Shown here: positions 39,541-48,591 of the stretch, one piece after another
Position numbering within the stretch: position 1 is the stretch's first letter
Layout of the letters: every line of letters begins with the position of its first letter
Origin: Patescibacteria group bacterium
Lineage (GTDB): Bacteria; Patescibacteriota; Patescibacteriia; Patescibacteriales; UBA12465
NCBI GenBank assembly: GCA_016938835.1
Contig: JAFGTW010000008.1
Coordinates: 1-51,017, forward strand
DNA length: 51,017 nt
Direction: 5' to 3'
Notes under the pieces: model-generated
What the model was told of the DNA's origin: nothing
What the model saw: the letters and a program-made list of their open reading frames with translations, nothing else
Databases searched by the model: none
Translations under genes and position numbers: made by a program

Positions 39541-39878
39541 AGTTAAACAAAGTTCCTTTCACTGAGTCTTAGATTATTTGTCGGCGCTAGTACGACAAAA
39601 GAATGGCAAAACAGCCAAAAGGGCAAGAAAAAAGGGCTAATCAAAAAGAAGAAAAAAGCTTAATAAAATCTAAAAAAGTAATTTTATCAAGTTTTTATCC
39701 GAAAATTAGCACAATTAATTAAAACAAACCACATCTTGCAAAGAAACGGTGAAAAGACAAAAGCTTTAAAACTAGCAAAAGCCTCAATAATCCTGGTGTT
39801 AACTAGGATTGGGGCTCAGACGACGGCCTATTACTTGCTTCTTATAGCAAAGAACTGCCCGTTCTGGGCCCCTTTTTT
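39541..39878 (+). ncRNA. Candidate ~335-nt structured transcript of unknown family
   Basis: Between a promoter and a GCCC/GGGC + U-tract end; nested helices AGTTC/GAACT, CTGAGTC/GGCTCAG, TTTGTCG/CGACAAA, GCAAGA/TCTTGC, GCTAAT/ATTAGC, AATCCTGGT/ACTAGGATT. Confidence 0.5.
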
Positions 39879-39957
39879 AATACTTAAATTATTTAATTGC
39901 TTTTTAAACTTATTCCTGCTAAAAATATATCGTAATAATGCTTAATCATTTTAATAT

Positions 39958-41022
39958 ATGCCCCTATCTATTGGAATTGTCGGCCTACCTAATGTAGGCA
40001 AATCAAGCCTATTTAATATTCTTACTAAAAAGAGCGTAGAAGCGGCCAATTATCCTTTTTGTACAATTGATCCTAATGTAGGGGTAGTTAAAGTTCCAGA
40101 CCAACGTTTAAATGAGTTAGCAGCAGTCTCAAAACCACTGAAACTTATTCCTACAAGTATTGAATTTGTTGATATCGCTGGTTTAGTGGCTGGGGCGAGT
40201 AAAGGCGAAGGCTTGGGCAATAAATTCCTTTCCCATATCCGAGAATGTGATGCTATTTGTGAGGTTATTCGTAATTTTCAAGATAAAAATATTATTCATG
40301 TAAACGGTGAAATTAATCCAAAGGGTGATAAAGAAACTATTAACCTTGAGTTAATATTAGCTGATTTAGCCAGTATTGAGAAAAGACTAGAAAAAACCCG
40401 GAAAGAAAGCCGGAGTGGTAATAAGGAATTAATTACCCAAACAACTATTTTAGACCGAATATTTAAGCATTTGGAGCAAGGATTAGCTATTCGATCACTT
40501 GAATTCAACGAAGAAGATCTACCCTTTATAAAAGAGCTTAATCTTTTAACCATTAAACCGATTATCTACTTGCTAAATGCCGATGATTTAGAAAATTTGC
40601 CTGATTTAGGTGAAATGGATGGCGAAGTTATTAGTGTTAATGTAAAAATTGAGGAAGAAATTGCCACTCTACCTGAGACAGAGCAAGCTGAATACATTGA
40701 AGCATTAGGATTAAAACAAAGCGGCTTAGATAAATTAATTGCCGCTTCTTACAAACTCCTTGGTCTTGATACTTTTTTTACCACTGGCCCCGATGAGACC
40801 AGGGCTTGGACAATTAAACATAATACTAAAGCACCGGATGCTGCTGGAGTGATCCACACCGACTTTATCAAAGGATTTATCCGGGCTGAAGTTATTCAAT
40901 GGGATAAATTTGTTGAGACGGGCAGCGAAGCAAAGGCGCGCGAACAAGGCTTAATTCGCACTGAAGGAAAAAATTATATTGTTCAGGATGGCGATGTCTG
41001 CAATTTTTTGGTTAATCGTTAA
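39958..41022 (+). CDS. ychF: Ribosome-binding ATPase YchF
   Basis: GIVGLPNVGKS, ANYPFCTIDPN, DIAGLV, GEGLGNKFL, AAGVIHTDF, TGS tail. Confidence 0.97.
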   Translation: MPLSIGIVGLPNVGKSSLFNILTKKSVEAANYPFCTIDPNVGVVKVPDQRLNELAAVSKPLKLIPTSIEFVDIAGLVAGASKGEGLGNKFLSHIRECDAICEVIRNFQDKNIIHVNGEINPKGDKETINLELILADLASIEKRLEKTRKESRSGNKELITQTTILDRIFKHLEQGLAIRSLEFNEEDLPFIKELNLLTIKPIIYLLNADDLENLPDLGEMDGEVISVNVKIEEEIATLPETEQAEYIEALGLKQSGLDKLIAASYKLLGLDTFFTTGPDETRAWTIKHNTKAPDAAGVIHTDFIKGFIRAEVIQWDKFVETGSEAKAREQGLIRTEGKNYIVQDGDVCNFLVNR

Positions 41023-41089
41023 AATAAAGACTCAATATAGCAAAAAACCCGTCACACTTTATGCGACGGGTTTTTATAATCAAATTATT

Positions 41090-41656
41090 TTAGCGTGATA
41101 AAGGAATTATTGGCGGACGACTAGACGGAGCTGAATTAGTAAAACCATTATTAAATCCTCCCGCTAGACCAGTAGACCTTACTGGTGCTGTCCTGTTTTG
41201 ATTTCTGGCCTGACTAATAGATACCATTGGTTGCGCCGATTGCTTTAAATTAGACTTAGATAAACCACTTAATCCTGTTATATTAGAACGTGAATTTGCC
41301 TGAGCAAAACCGGGTCGACTCATTTGGATATTATCTTCTTCACGATTAACGCGAGCATGAGAAACAGGGGCGCTCTCCCCTAATCTTTTTAAAACTTTCT
41401 TAACCACCACCGTTTGATGGGCGCTTAATGGAGATTCTGCTTTGATTTTTTTTAAAGCCGTTCTTTGATAAACATGATTAAAATTACCCTTACTAATCAA
41501 ACCACGATAACGATAAACAGCTTTATTAATAGCATCTTGATTATCGGCTACGGCGCTCATGATATGATTATTTTTCACTGCAACCTTAAGCTTTTTCTTA
41601 AAACCAAGATGACTAAATTCTTTGCCGCCTGAAGGCAAAATATCTGTTGCTCCCAT
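41090..41656 (-). CDS. Hypothetical basic protein with low-complexity C-terminus
   Basis: 188-aa ORF 6 nt after the upstream gene; terminator at ~41042-41075. Confidence 0.7.
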   Translation of the reverse strand: MGATDILPSGGKEFSHLGFKKKLKVAVKNNHIMSAVADNQDAINKAVYRYRGLISKGNFNHVYQRTALKKIKAESPLSAHQTVVVKKVLKRLGESAPVSHARVNREEDNIQMSRPGFAQANSRSNITGLSGLSKSNLKQSAQPMVSISQARNQNRTAPVRSTGLAGGFNNGFTNSAPSSRPPIIPLSR

Positions 41657-41662
41657 ATATTT

Positions 41663-42847
41663 TTAATTAATTTTTTCTAAAACAATTAACTCACGCCAAA
41701 CTTTCTGTCCATCCCTATGATATAAAAGAGTTCCGCGTTCACTAATTTTAAGCCAAGGTAAATCAATAAATCTTTCCGGTAAAAGATTTATAATCTGCCA
41801 TTTATCTAATCGTGGTTCAATAAATTCACGGCCAAAAAATACAGGCCAGACCATCACCACCCGACCATTATCTTTTAAAATGCTATAAAAATTATCCAAA
41901 GCCTTAGAATACAATTCTGCTAATTCAACCTGAATGGTAGTAATATCATTTAAATCTCTTTGTGGTCCTAAATATGGCTCAGTTACAATAGTGTCCACAC
42001 TTTTTGGTTTAAGGAATTGAGCCAAACGAGTAGCATTTTTGATGTGAAATTTAGCTCTTGTTTCTAAGCCGTAAAGTTCACGTAGCCATTCTGCATTTAC
42101 CCGACTATCCTTAATTGCTTTCTCTGACAAATCGGTCCCCATCAAATTTGTATAACCCATGAGCATGGCTTCATTAATAACCGTGCCAGAGCCACAAAAA
42201 GGATCAAGTAAAAGACCGTCCGCTGACATTTGCCCAGCAAAATTTATCATCATTTGAGCTAATTTTGGTGGCAACATCCCTGAATGATCATCACGAATAG
42301 GACGACCAAAATCTCGACGAGATAATTCTTTATACGGTTGTATCGCTAAAGTTCGGGCAATAATTAAAGTTTTATCACGGCGAAAGAATATTAATTCAGC
42401 CCCCTTGCTTAGCAATTTATTCTGTCCTACTACTACACTAGAAAGTTCTTTTTCGCGACTAGTAACCAAACGTGAGGATATTTCAGCTGATTTTAGCTCT
42501 TTTTTAATATTTAGTCCTAATTTCTCCACTTCAAAATGACCACCAATTCCCTGGTCCGATAAGCCAAAAATTAATTTACCTTCGCCACGATTAGCCTTGA
42601 CCTGAATTAATTCCGCGCATTTCTTAGCTAAAGTCGGAATAGGCATATTTACTGGCACCTCCATTTCAATTTCAGCAATTTTAAGAGTTCCACCAAGACT
42701 ACTAATAAGATTTTCAGCATTAATTTCCGTATTTTTTTTCACTAAAATACGATCATTTGACCAAGAGACTTCATTATCACCTAAAACGGCCAATAATTCT
42801 GCCACTGACCAGCTTGAATGCGTTCCTAATATAAAAGCATAATTCAT
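41663..42847 (-). CDS. Trm11/UPF0020-like RNA methyltransferase
   Basis: GMLPPKLAQMMIN, LLDPFCGSGT, GTD, TEPYLG. Confidence 0.8.
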   Translation of the reverse strand: MNYAFILGTHSSWSVAELLAVLGDNEVSWSNDRILVKKNTEINAENLISSLGGTLKIAEIEMEVPVNMPIPTLAKKCAELIQVKANRGEGKLIFGLSDQGIGGHFEVEKLGLNIKKELKSAEISSRLVTSREKELSSVVVGQNKLLSKGAELIFFRRDKTLIIARTLAIQPYKELSRRDFGRPIRDDHSGMLPPKLAQMMINFAGQMSADGLLLDPFCGSGTVINEAMLMGYTNLMGTDLSEKAIKDSRVNAEWLRELYGLETRAKFHIKNATRLAQFLKPKSVDTIVTEPYLGPQRDLNDITTIQVELAELYSKALDNFYSILKDNGRVVMVWPVFFGREFIEPRLDKWQIINLLPERFIDLPWLKISERGTLLYHRDGQKVWRELIVLEKIN

Positions 42848-42870
42848 ATAACTATATAATGCCCTAACTC

Positions 42871-43096
42871 TTGCTTTTTTTCAAGCTTCATGATAAATTA
42901 AAGGCACAAAAAAATATAATACATATCTTTCCCATATTCTAATTTTTATTAGAATAATTCCGTTATAATAAATGGCGGAATTAAAGGTATTCCAAGAAAC
43001 CCAAAATCTTTGAATACTTGGGTTTTTGTTTAATAATCAAGGTAATAAAAATGTTATTTTTTTCTTAATTCATTTTTATCTCCCTTATGCTACATT
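42871..43096 (+). promoter_or_regulatory. rpsF promoter and long structured 5' leader
   Basis: TTGCTT-17-TAAATT with TG at 42871-42899, then several hairpins. Confidence 0.5.
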
Positions 43097-43603
43097 ATGT
43101 CTAAAAGTAAACCATCCGGATTAAGCCGCTATGAGATGCTTTTCATCGTTCCTAATAATTACACGGAAGATGAAGCTAAAAGCATCGTAGAAAAAGTTGA
43201 GAGTATCATTATTGAAAACGGAGCTAATATCGTTTTTCATGAATTCTGGGGAAAAAAGAAATTAGCTTACGTTATCAAACAAAATCACTATGGTTATTAC
43301 AGTCTTTGTGAATTTGATATTGAACGCAACGCTTTAACTAAAATTGATCGTGTTTTACGTCTTTCTAACGAAGTTTTACGTCATCAAATTATTAGCATCC
43401 CTGTTGTTAGCGACGAAGAGCGTTTAACCATCAAAGAAAAACAAACTCAAGCTTCAAAGAAAGAAGAAAAAGAAAAACCAAACAACAAAGAAAAAATTTC
43501 TAAAGTAGCAGAAAGAAAAGAAAAAAAAGATGCCGGTAAGGCAGAATTAAAAGACCTAGATCAGAAGTTAGAGGGCATTATTAGTGCAAAAGACCTCTTA
43601 TAA
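43097..43603 (+). CDS. rpsF: 30S ribosomal protein bS6 with long charged C-terminal extension
   Basis: YEMLFI, WGKKKLAYVI, GYY, VLRH; rpsF-ssb-rpsR synteny. Confidence 0.95.
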   Translation: MSKSKPSGLSRYEMLFIVPNNYTEDEAKSIVEKVESIIIENGANIVFHEFWGKKKLAYVIKQNHYGYYSLCEFDIERNALTKIDRVLRLSNEVLRHQIISIPVVSDEERLTIKEKQTQASKKEEKEKPNNKEKISKVAERKEKKDAGKAELKDLDQKLEGIISAKDLL

Positions 43604-43654
43604 ACTAATTTTCTTAATTTTATAAGCGCGTTTATAAAGTTAAGTTCTAAATTT

Positions 43655-44107
43655 ATGAACTTAAACAAAGCCATGATTATCGGCAACTTAACCCGCGACC
43701 CTGAAATGAGAACTACACCATCTGGTCAAAACGTTACTTCTTTTAGCGTTGCGACAAGTTTTTCTTGGACAGATAGCGCTGGACAACAACAGAAAAAAAC
43801 TGAGTTTCATAATATTATTGCTTGGAGAAAACTAGCAGAAATTTGTGCTCAATATCTTAAAAAGGGTTCGAAAGTTTATGCTGAAGGTCGCCTCCAAACA
43901 ACTGATTGGACTGGACAAGATGGTGTAAAAAAATATCGCACCGAAATTGTTTTGGAAAATATGATTATGTTGGATAAGGCAGGAAATACTTCTGGTGATA
44001 ACAATTTTACTCCTAGAACTCCAGCCAACAATCAGATTAACGAGGAATTACCAATAATCAACGCTGATGAAGAAGAAGAAATTCGCGTTGAAAATATTCC
44101 TTTCTAA
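43655..44107 (+). CDS. ssb: Single-stranded DNA-binding protein
   Basis: NKAMIIGNLTRDPE, KKGSKVYAEGRL, acidic IPF tail. Confidence 0.97.
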   Translation: MNLNKAMIIGNLTRDPEMRTTPSGQNVTSFSVATSFSWTDSAGQQQKKTEFHNIIAWRKLAEICAQYLKKGSKVYAEGRLQTTDWTGQDGVKKYRTEIVLENMIMLDKAGNTSGDNNFTPRTPANNQINEELPIINADEEEEIRVENIPF

Positions 44108-44133
44108 AAAATAAAGATTAATATAAATCTCAT

Positions 44134-44346
44134 ATGAGTAACAAAAAACCAAAAGAATGCTTCTATTGTGTAAATCAACTTGACGTTGATTACAAAGACG
44201 TTCGCACTCTACGTCGCTTTATCAATTTTTATATGAAAATTCTCCCAGGTGATCGCACCGGAGTTTGCGCCTGGCATCAACGTAAATTAACTCAAGCTGT
44301 TAAACGGGCTAGAGTTATGTCACTGCTGGCACCAACTCATAAATAA
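44134..44346 (+). CDS. rpsR: 30S ribosomal protein bS18 (Zn-binding type)
   Basis: CFYC, VDYKD, KILP..RTG.C..HQR..AVKRAR. Confidence 0.96.
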   Translation: MSNKKPKECFYCVNQLDVDYKDVRTLRRFINFYMKILPGDRTGVCAWHQRKLTQAVKRARVMSLLAPTHK

Positions 44347-44371
44347 ATTGATAAACTAAGCCGAAGAAAAT

Positions 44372-44932
44372 ATGTTAAATTTTAATGAAATTAAAACCGG
44401 CCGAATTATCCTTTTAAATAACGAGCCGTATATCATTGTAAAAGCTGATCATCATCAGATGGGTCGCGGTGGAGCTGTTTTGAAAGTTAAATGTCGTAAT
44501 TTAATTACCAATAATATTCTAGAAAGAACCTTTCAGGGCGCTGAAAAAGCAGATGAAGCCGAAACTCAAAATAAAAAAGCTGACTTTATGTATAAAGATA
44601 AAGACGAAGCTTATTTTATGGATAATGAAAGCTTTGAACAGTTTAGCTTATCAATTGAAGACATTGGTAATAAAATTGAATTCTTAAAAGAAGGTACAAC
44701 AGTTAATGTTTTCTATTTTAACGGTGCCCCCGTTGCCATTGACTTACCAATTAAGATGGAATTTCAAGTTATCTCTGCTCCGCCCGGGGTTAAAGGTAAT
44801 TCCGCTGGCAACGTTAACAAACAAGTAGAGATTGAAACTGGTGCCAAAATTAATGTCCCAATGTTTATTGAAGAAGGCGATATTATTCGCATTAACACTG
44901 AAACTGGTGAATATGTTGAAAGGGCCAACTAA
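44372..44932 (+). CDS. efp: Elongation factor P
   Basis: GRGGA loop, PGVKGNSA, ETG..INVPMFIEEGD.IRINT..GEY. Confidence 0.96.
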   Translation: MLNFNEIKTGRIILLNNEPYIIVKADHHQMGRGGAVLKVKCRNLITNNILERTFQGAEKADEAETQNKKADFMYKDKDEAYFMDNESFEQFSLSIEDIGNKIEFLKEGTTVNVFYFNGAPVAIDLPIKMEFQVISAPPGVKGNSAGNVNKQVEIETGAKINVPMFIEEGDIIRINTETGEYVERAN

Positions 44933-45031
44933 TTTCTTACGTATACTTATCAAAACCGTCTCTATTTAAGAGGCGGTTTTGTGTATTTAAAGCAATCGAC
45001 AGGCCTAATATTCGTGCTATAATCAATTTAT

Positions 45032-46402
45032 ATGAGTATTTTAGTAATTATCGCTTTGATTTTATTTTTATTCATTGCCATTCTGCGTTTAGACTGGGCT
45101 CTTTTTATTTTACTGGCAACTCTACCAAGCTATTTAATTCGTTTCAACCTAGGACCAATCCCCACCACCTTCCTTGAACTCACACTTCTTATTACATTTG
45201 CTGTTTGGTTTTTTAAAGATAAACCTTGGCAGAAATATAAAAGAAAAGATTGGAAGAATACAAAGCAGCCCTATCCCTATTATTTGGAAATTGCTGGAAT
45301 ATTAATCGCTGCTTGGTTTGGCTTGTTTATTGCTAGTTTTGATAATGGCGCCTTAGGCATATTCAAAGCCTATTTTTTAGAACCAATCATGCTTTATCTA
45401 GTAATAATTAATCGTGGACAAAGATCGGAAAGAAAATTTATTTGGCCATTGGCTATATCAGCTGTAAGTATTAGTCTAATCGCCATCTTTCAGCAAATTA
45501 CTGGTCTCTTTATTTTCAATGACTTCTGGGCTTTAATTTCACAACGTCGCGTTACTTCTGTTTTTGCCTACCCTAACGCCGTTGGTTTATACTTAGCGCC
45601 AATTATCTTTTTGTCCTTTGGACTGCTTTCTTCCTACGCCAGAAAGACTAAACTATTAACTGCTTTAAAAAAGTTATTCTTAATTCTGAGCATAGCATTG
45701 TCTTTAGCGGCTATTGTTTTTGCTCGTTCCGAGGGTGCTTTAATAGCCATTATTGGTTCAAGTTTTATCATTGCTATTTTAGCCAACAAACATAGTCGCC
45801 GTATTGCTCTAAGTCTAATGATTATTGCTATAATTGGTTTTAGTTTATATAACCCAGCGAGAAAATACCTAGAAAAGAAGGTAACTCTAATGGATTTAAG
45901 TGGGCAAATTAGACAACAACAGTGGTTTGAAACTATGGACATGCTCAATCAAGGCAAAATGCTGAGTGGGGCGGGATTAAATAAATACCAAACAGCCGTC
46001 GCCCCCTATCATCAAGAAGGAATATTTGTAAAAAATGATGATCCTGAATTTCAGCGTCATGTTGTTTGGGATGCTGAATATCGTGCTTCTGTTTGGCAGC
46101 CGGTAGAAATTTATTTATACCCTCATAATATTTTTTTAAACTTCTGGACGGAAATTACCTTATTTGGTGCCATTCTTTTTATGTGGCTCATTGGCCGCTA
46201 TTACTACGACGCCCTCGTATTACTAAAAAGTTTAGGCAGAGAAAAAAGAAATTTGGTCCTCGGACTTATCGGAGCTATAAGCACCATCTTTATTCACGGT
46301 CTCGTTGACGTTCCTTATTTTAAAAATGATTTGGCCATTATTTTCTGGCTAATAATTGCTATTCTAGGATTAATTAAAATAAAAAATAAAAAAACTGTAT
46401 GA
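45032..46402 (+). CDS. O-antigen ligase/Wzy_C-family membrane protein
   Basis: Many TMs, RVTSVFAYPN, ARSEG, PHNIFL, IHGLVD. Confidence 0.87.
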   Translation: MSILVIIALILFLFIAILRLDWALFILLATLPSYLIRFNLGPIPTTFLELTLLITFAVWFFKDKPWQKYKRKDWKNTKQPYPYYLEIAGILIAAWFGLFIASFDNGALGIFKAYFLEPIMLYLVIINRGQRSERKFIWPLAISAVSISLIAIFQQITGLFIFNDFWALISQRRVTSVFAYPNAVGLYLAPIIFLSFGLLSSYARKTKLLTALKKLFLILSIALSLAAIVFARSEGALIAIIGSSFIIAILANKHSRRIALSLMIIAIIGFSLYNPARKYLEKKVTLMDLSGQIRQQQWFETMDMLNQGKMLSGAGLNKYQTAVAPYHQEGIFVKNDDPEFQRHVVWDAEYRASVWQPVEIYLYPHNIFLNFWTEITLFGAILFMWLIGRYYYDALVLLKSLGREKRNLVLGLIGAISTIFIHGLVDVPYFKNDLAIIFWLIIAILGLIKIKNKKTV

Positions 46403-47109
46403 TATATTTAACAAAATTCTTAGCTCAAGCTGGTATTGCCAGTCGTCGTAAGGCCGAAGATTTGATTAGAGCTGGTCGCGTAAAAATTAACGGCGAAAGA
46501 GCAGAATTAGGCGTTATGGTTGAAGGCGATGAAAATATTACAGTTAGTGGCAAGGCAGTAAATAATGCTATGGCTCAAGCTCGTGTTATTATCGCCTTTA
46601 ATAAGCCTATTGGTTATACCTGTACCAATAGAAGTTTTCTTAATGAAGATAATATCTTTAGCCTACTCCCTGATCAGTATCGTAATTTAATCATTGCTGG
46701 CCGTCTTGATAAAGATAGCCGCGGCTTAATTCTCTTAACCAATGATGGTAATTTAGCTAATCAAATCACTCATCCCCGTTTTGGACATGATAAGAAATAT
46801 TTAGTGCGTTTTGCCGGCGAAGATAGAATGGAATTAACTGAAAGAAAATTATATGCTCGCGCCAAAGACGGAATTCGTAGTGAAGATGGCGATATCTTAA
46901 CTGCCAAAAGTATTAGACGCGAAGGTGATCGCTGGGCAGTGACTTTAAGTGAAGGTAAAAAAAGACATATCCGTCGTCTTTTTGCTGGCATGGGTTTAAA
47001 AGTAATTGATTTACAAAGAGTTAGTATCAGTGAACTTGGCCTAGGTGGTTTACCTCAGGGAAGCTACAAAATTTTATCGGATAAAGATGTAAAAAAATTA
47101 ATTAAATAA
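46399..47109 (+). CDS. rRNA pseudouridine synthase (RsuA/RluB family)
   Basis: S4 domain SRRKAE, NKPIG, GRLDKDSRGLILLTNDG, EGKKRHIRR. Confidence 0.94.
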   Translation: MIYLTKFLAQAGIASRRKAEDLIRAGRVKINGERAELGVMVEGDENITVSGKAVNNAMAQARVIIAFNKPIGYTCTNRSFLNEDNIFSLLPDQYRNLIIAGRLDKDSRGLILLTNDGNLANQITHPRFGHDKKYLVRFAGEDRMELTERKLYARAKDGIRSEDGDILTAKSIRREGDRWAVTLSEGKKRHIRRLFAGMGLKVIDLQRVSISELGLGGLPQGSYKILSDKDVKKLIK

Positions 47110-47114
47110 CACCT

Positions 47115-47202
47115 GGAGAGGTGGCTGAGCTGGTTGAAGGCACCGCTCTCGAAAAGCGGCAAGGGTGAAAGCCCTTCGGGAGTTCGAATCTCCCCCTCTC
47201 CG
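47115..47202 (+). tRNA. tRNA-Ser(CGA)
   Basis: Acceptor GGAGAGG/CCTCTCC, anticodon arm CCGCT-CTCGAAA-AGCGG, long variable arm. Confidence 0.94.
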
Positions 47203-47310
47203 CGAATGAGAAAAGGCGCCATTAGGCGTCTTTTTAAATAAACATAAACATACCCAGTTCAACAGTCTAGACTTAAGTGATATACTAATAAATAATAATA
47301 CTAATAATAT

Positions 47311-48120
47311 ATGACAACAAGAAAGAAAATTGGTTTAGCTCTTGGTTCTGGTGGCGTCCGTGGACTAGCTCATATTGGAGTTCTTAAAGTTTTAGTAGAA
47401 AATAATATTCCCATTGATTATATTGCCGGTTCTAGTGTTGGCGCTTGGGTTGGCGCTCACTATGCTCTTTTTCAAGATATGGATATCTTAAAAGAGTTTA
47501 CCGTTGGCAAAAGACATGAGAAATTATTTAGTTTTTTAGATGCCTCATTTTCTGGAGGCTTGGTAAAAGGTAAAAAGTTAGAAAAATTATTAAACACCTG
47601 GCTTAATAATGCTGATTTTAAAGATTTAAACATTCCTCTCAGTATTGTAGCGACCGATTTAATAAAGGCTGAACCTTATATTTTCAATTCTGGTTCGCTT
47701 GCCTTTGCTGCTCGCGCCAGCATGGCTATTCCAGGGTTTTTTAAACCAATAACTTGGGAAGATAAAGTTTTAGTTGATGGCGGACTAACTAATCCTGTGC
47801 CAGACAATGTTGTTAGCGACATGGGGGCTGACATTGTAATCGCTGTAAATCTTAACAACTTTCAAACTCCAATTCAATTTAAAAGAAAGGAGCCAAGTGT
47901 TAAAGAAGTAACCTTCAGAACGAATGAGGTGATTCAGTGTTACTTAGCCAAATATTCACTTAAATCGGCCAACATTATTATCCAGCCACCTTTAAGAAAA
48001 CACTCCAGTTGGAAAAGATACTTTATAAATGATGAAGGTGACGACCTTGTTAAAATTGGGGAAGAAGCAATGAAAGCTGCCCTGCCTGAATTATTAAAAA
48101 TAATGAATAAAAATGGATAA
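47311..48120 (+). CDS. Patatin-like phospholipase
   Basis: GSGGVRG, GSSVG nucleophile motif, DGG. Confidence 0.93.
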   Translation: MTTRKKIGLALGSGGVRGLAHIGVLKVLVENNIPIDYIAGSSVGAWVGAHYALFQDMDILKEFTVGKRHEKLFSFLDASFSGGLVKGKKLEKLLNTWLNNADFKDLNIPLSIVATDLIKAEPYIFNSGSLAFAARASMAIPGFFKPITWEDKVLVDGGLTNPVPDNVVSDMGADIVIAVNLNNFQTPIQFKRKEPSVKEVTFRTNEVIQCYLAKYSLKSANIIIQPPLRKHSSWKRYFINDEGDDLVKIGEEAMKAALPELLKIMNKNG

Positions 48121-48571
48121 AAAAATGGATAAAAAAATAGAAAAAATCTTAAATATAAAGACTGACAAGCTAGACAAAAGATTGATGAGAAAAATCAGAT
48201 TTTTAATTGTGTTTTTAGTATTAATGAGCGGAGCTTTGATATATGAGATAGCTCTTAGTGAAATCAGTTATCTATTTATTTTAGTCGGTCTTATTATCGG
48301 TATAAGTACAGGAATTGTTGTCGGTCGCATGTTTAACATTGAATGGCACGAAGAAAAAGAACAAGTAATTGCTCGTCTAGATATAATTGGCATTATTATT
48401 CTAGTTATTTACATAGCAGTGTCCATTGCTCGTCATTGGATATTTGCTCATTGGTTTGCGGGTCTAAAATTAACCGCTTTTACCTTTAGCTTCGCCGAGG
48501 GTGTTATGATAGGACGTATTATTAGCTTTCAATTCAACATTAAAAAAGTACTAAAGAGAGAGTGCTCTTGA
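48113..48571 (+). CDS. Hypothetical membrane protein
   Basis: About 4 hydrophobic helices; overlaps the patatin stop. Confidence 0.72.
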   Translation: MDKKMDKKIEKILNIKTDKLDKRLMRKIRFLIVFLVLMSGALIYEIALSEISYLFILVGLIIGISTGIVVGRMFNIEWHEEKEQVIARLDIIGIIILVIYIAVSIARHWIFAHWFAGLKLTAFTFSFAEGVMIGRIISFQFNIKKVLKRECS

Positions 48572-48591
48572 AAAGTATTTTAAATAAATTT

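Noticed and set aside
39529-39545. TAATAGTAATAG as DnaA-trios
   Set aside because: Orientation relative to the adjacent box appears opposite to the Bacillus arrangement as I recall it, and it is explained by the -10 and start region
39541-39878. RNase P RNA, tmRNA or group I intron identity for the long RNA candidate
   Set aside because: No GAGGAAAGUCC/P4 pairing, no tRNA-like ends or tag peptide, no P7 elements; only faint local resemblance
39736-39945. 69-aa ORF from the track
   Set aside because: TTG start, runs through hairpins and a terminator-like U-tract, no recognisable family
48113-48138. 12-bp tandem ATGGATAAAAAA giving MDKKMDKK
   Set aside because: Simple slippage duplication; it only makes the start codon ambiguous
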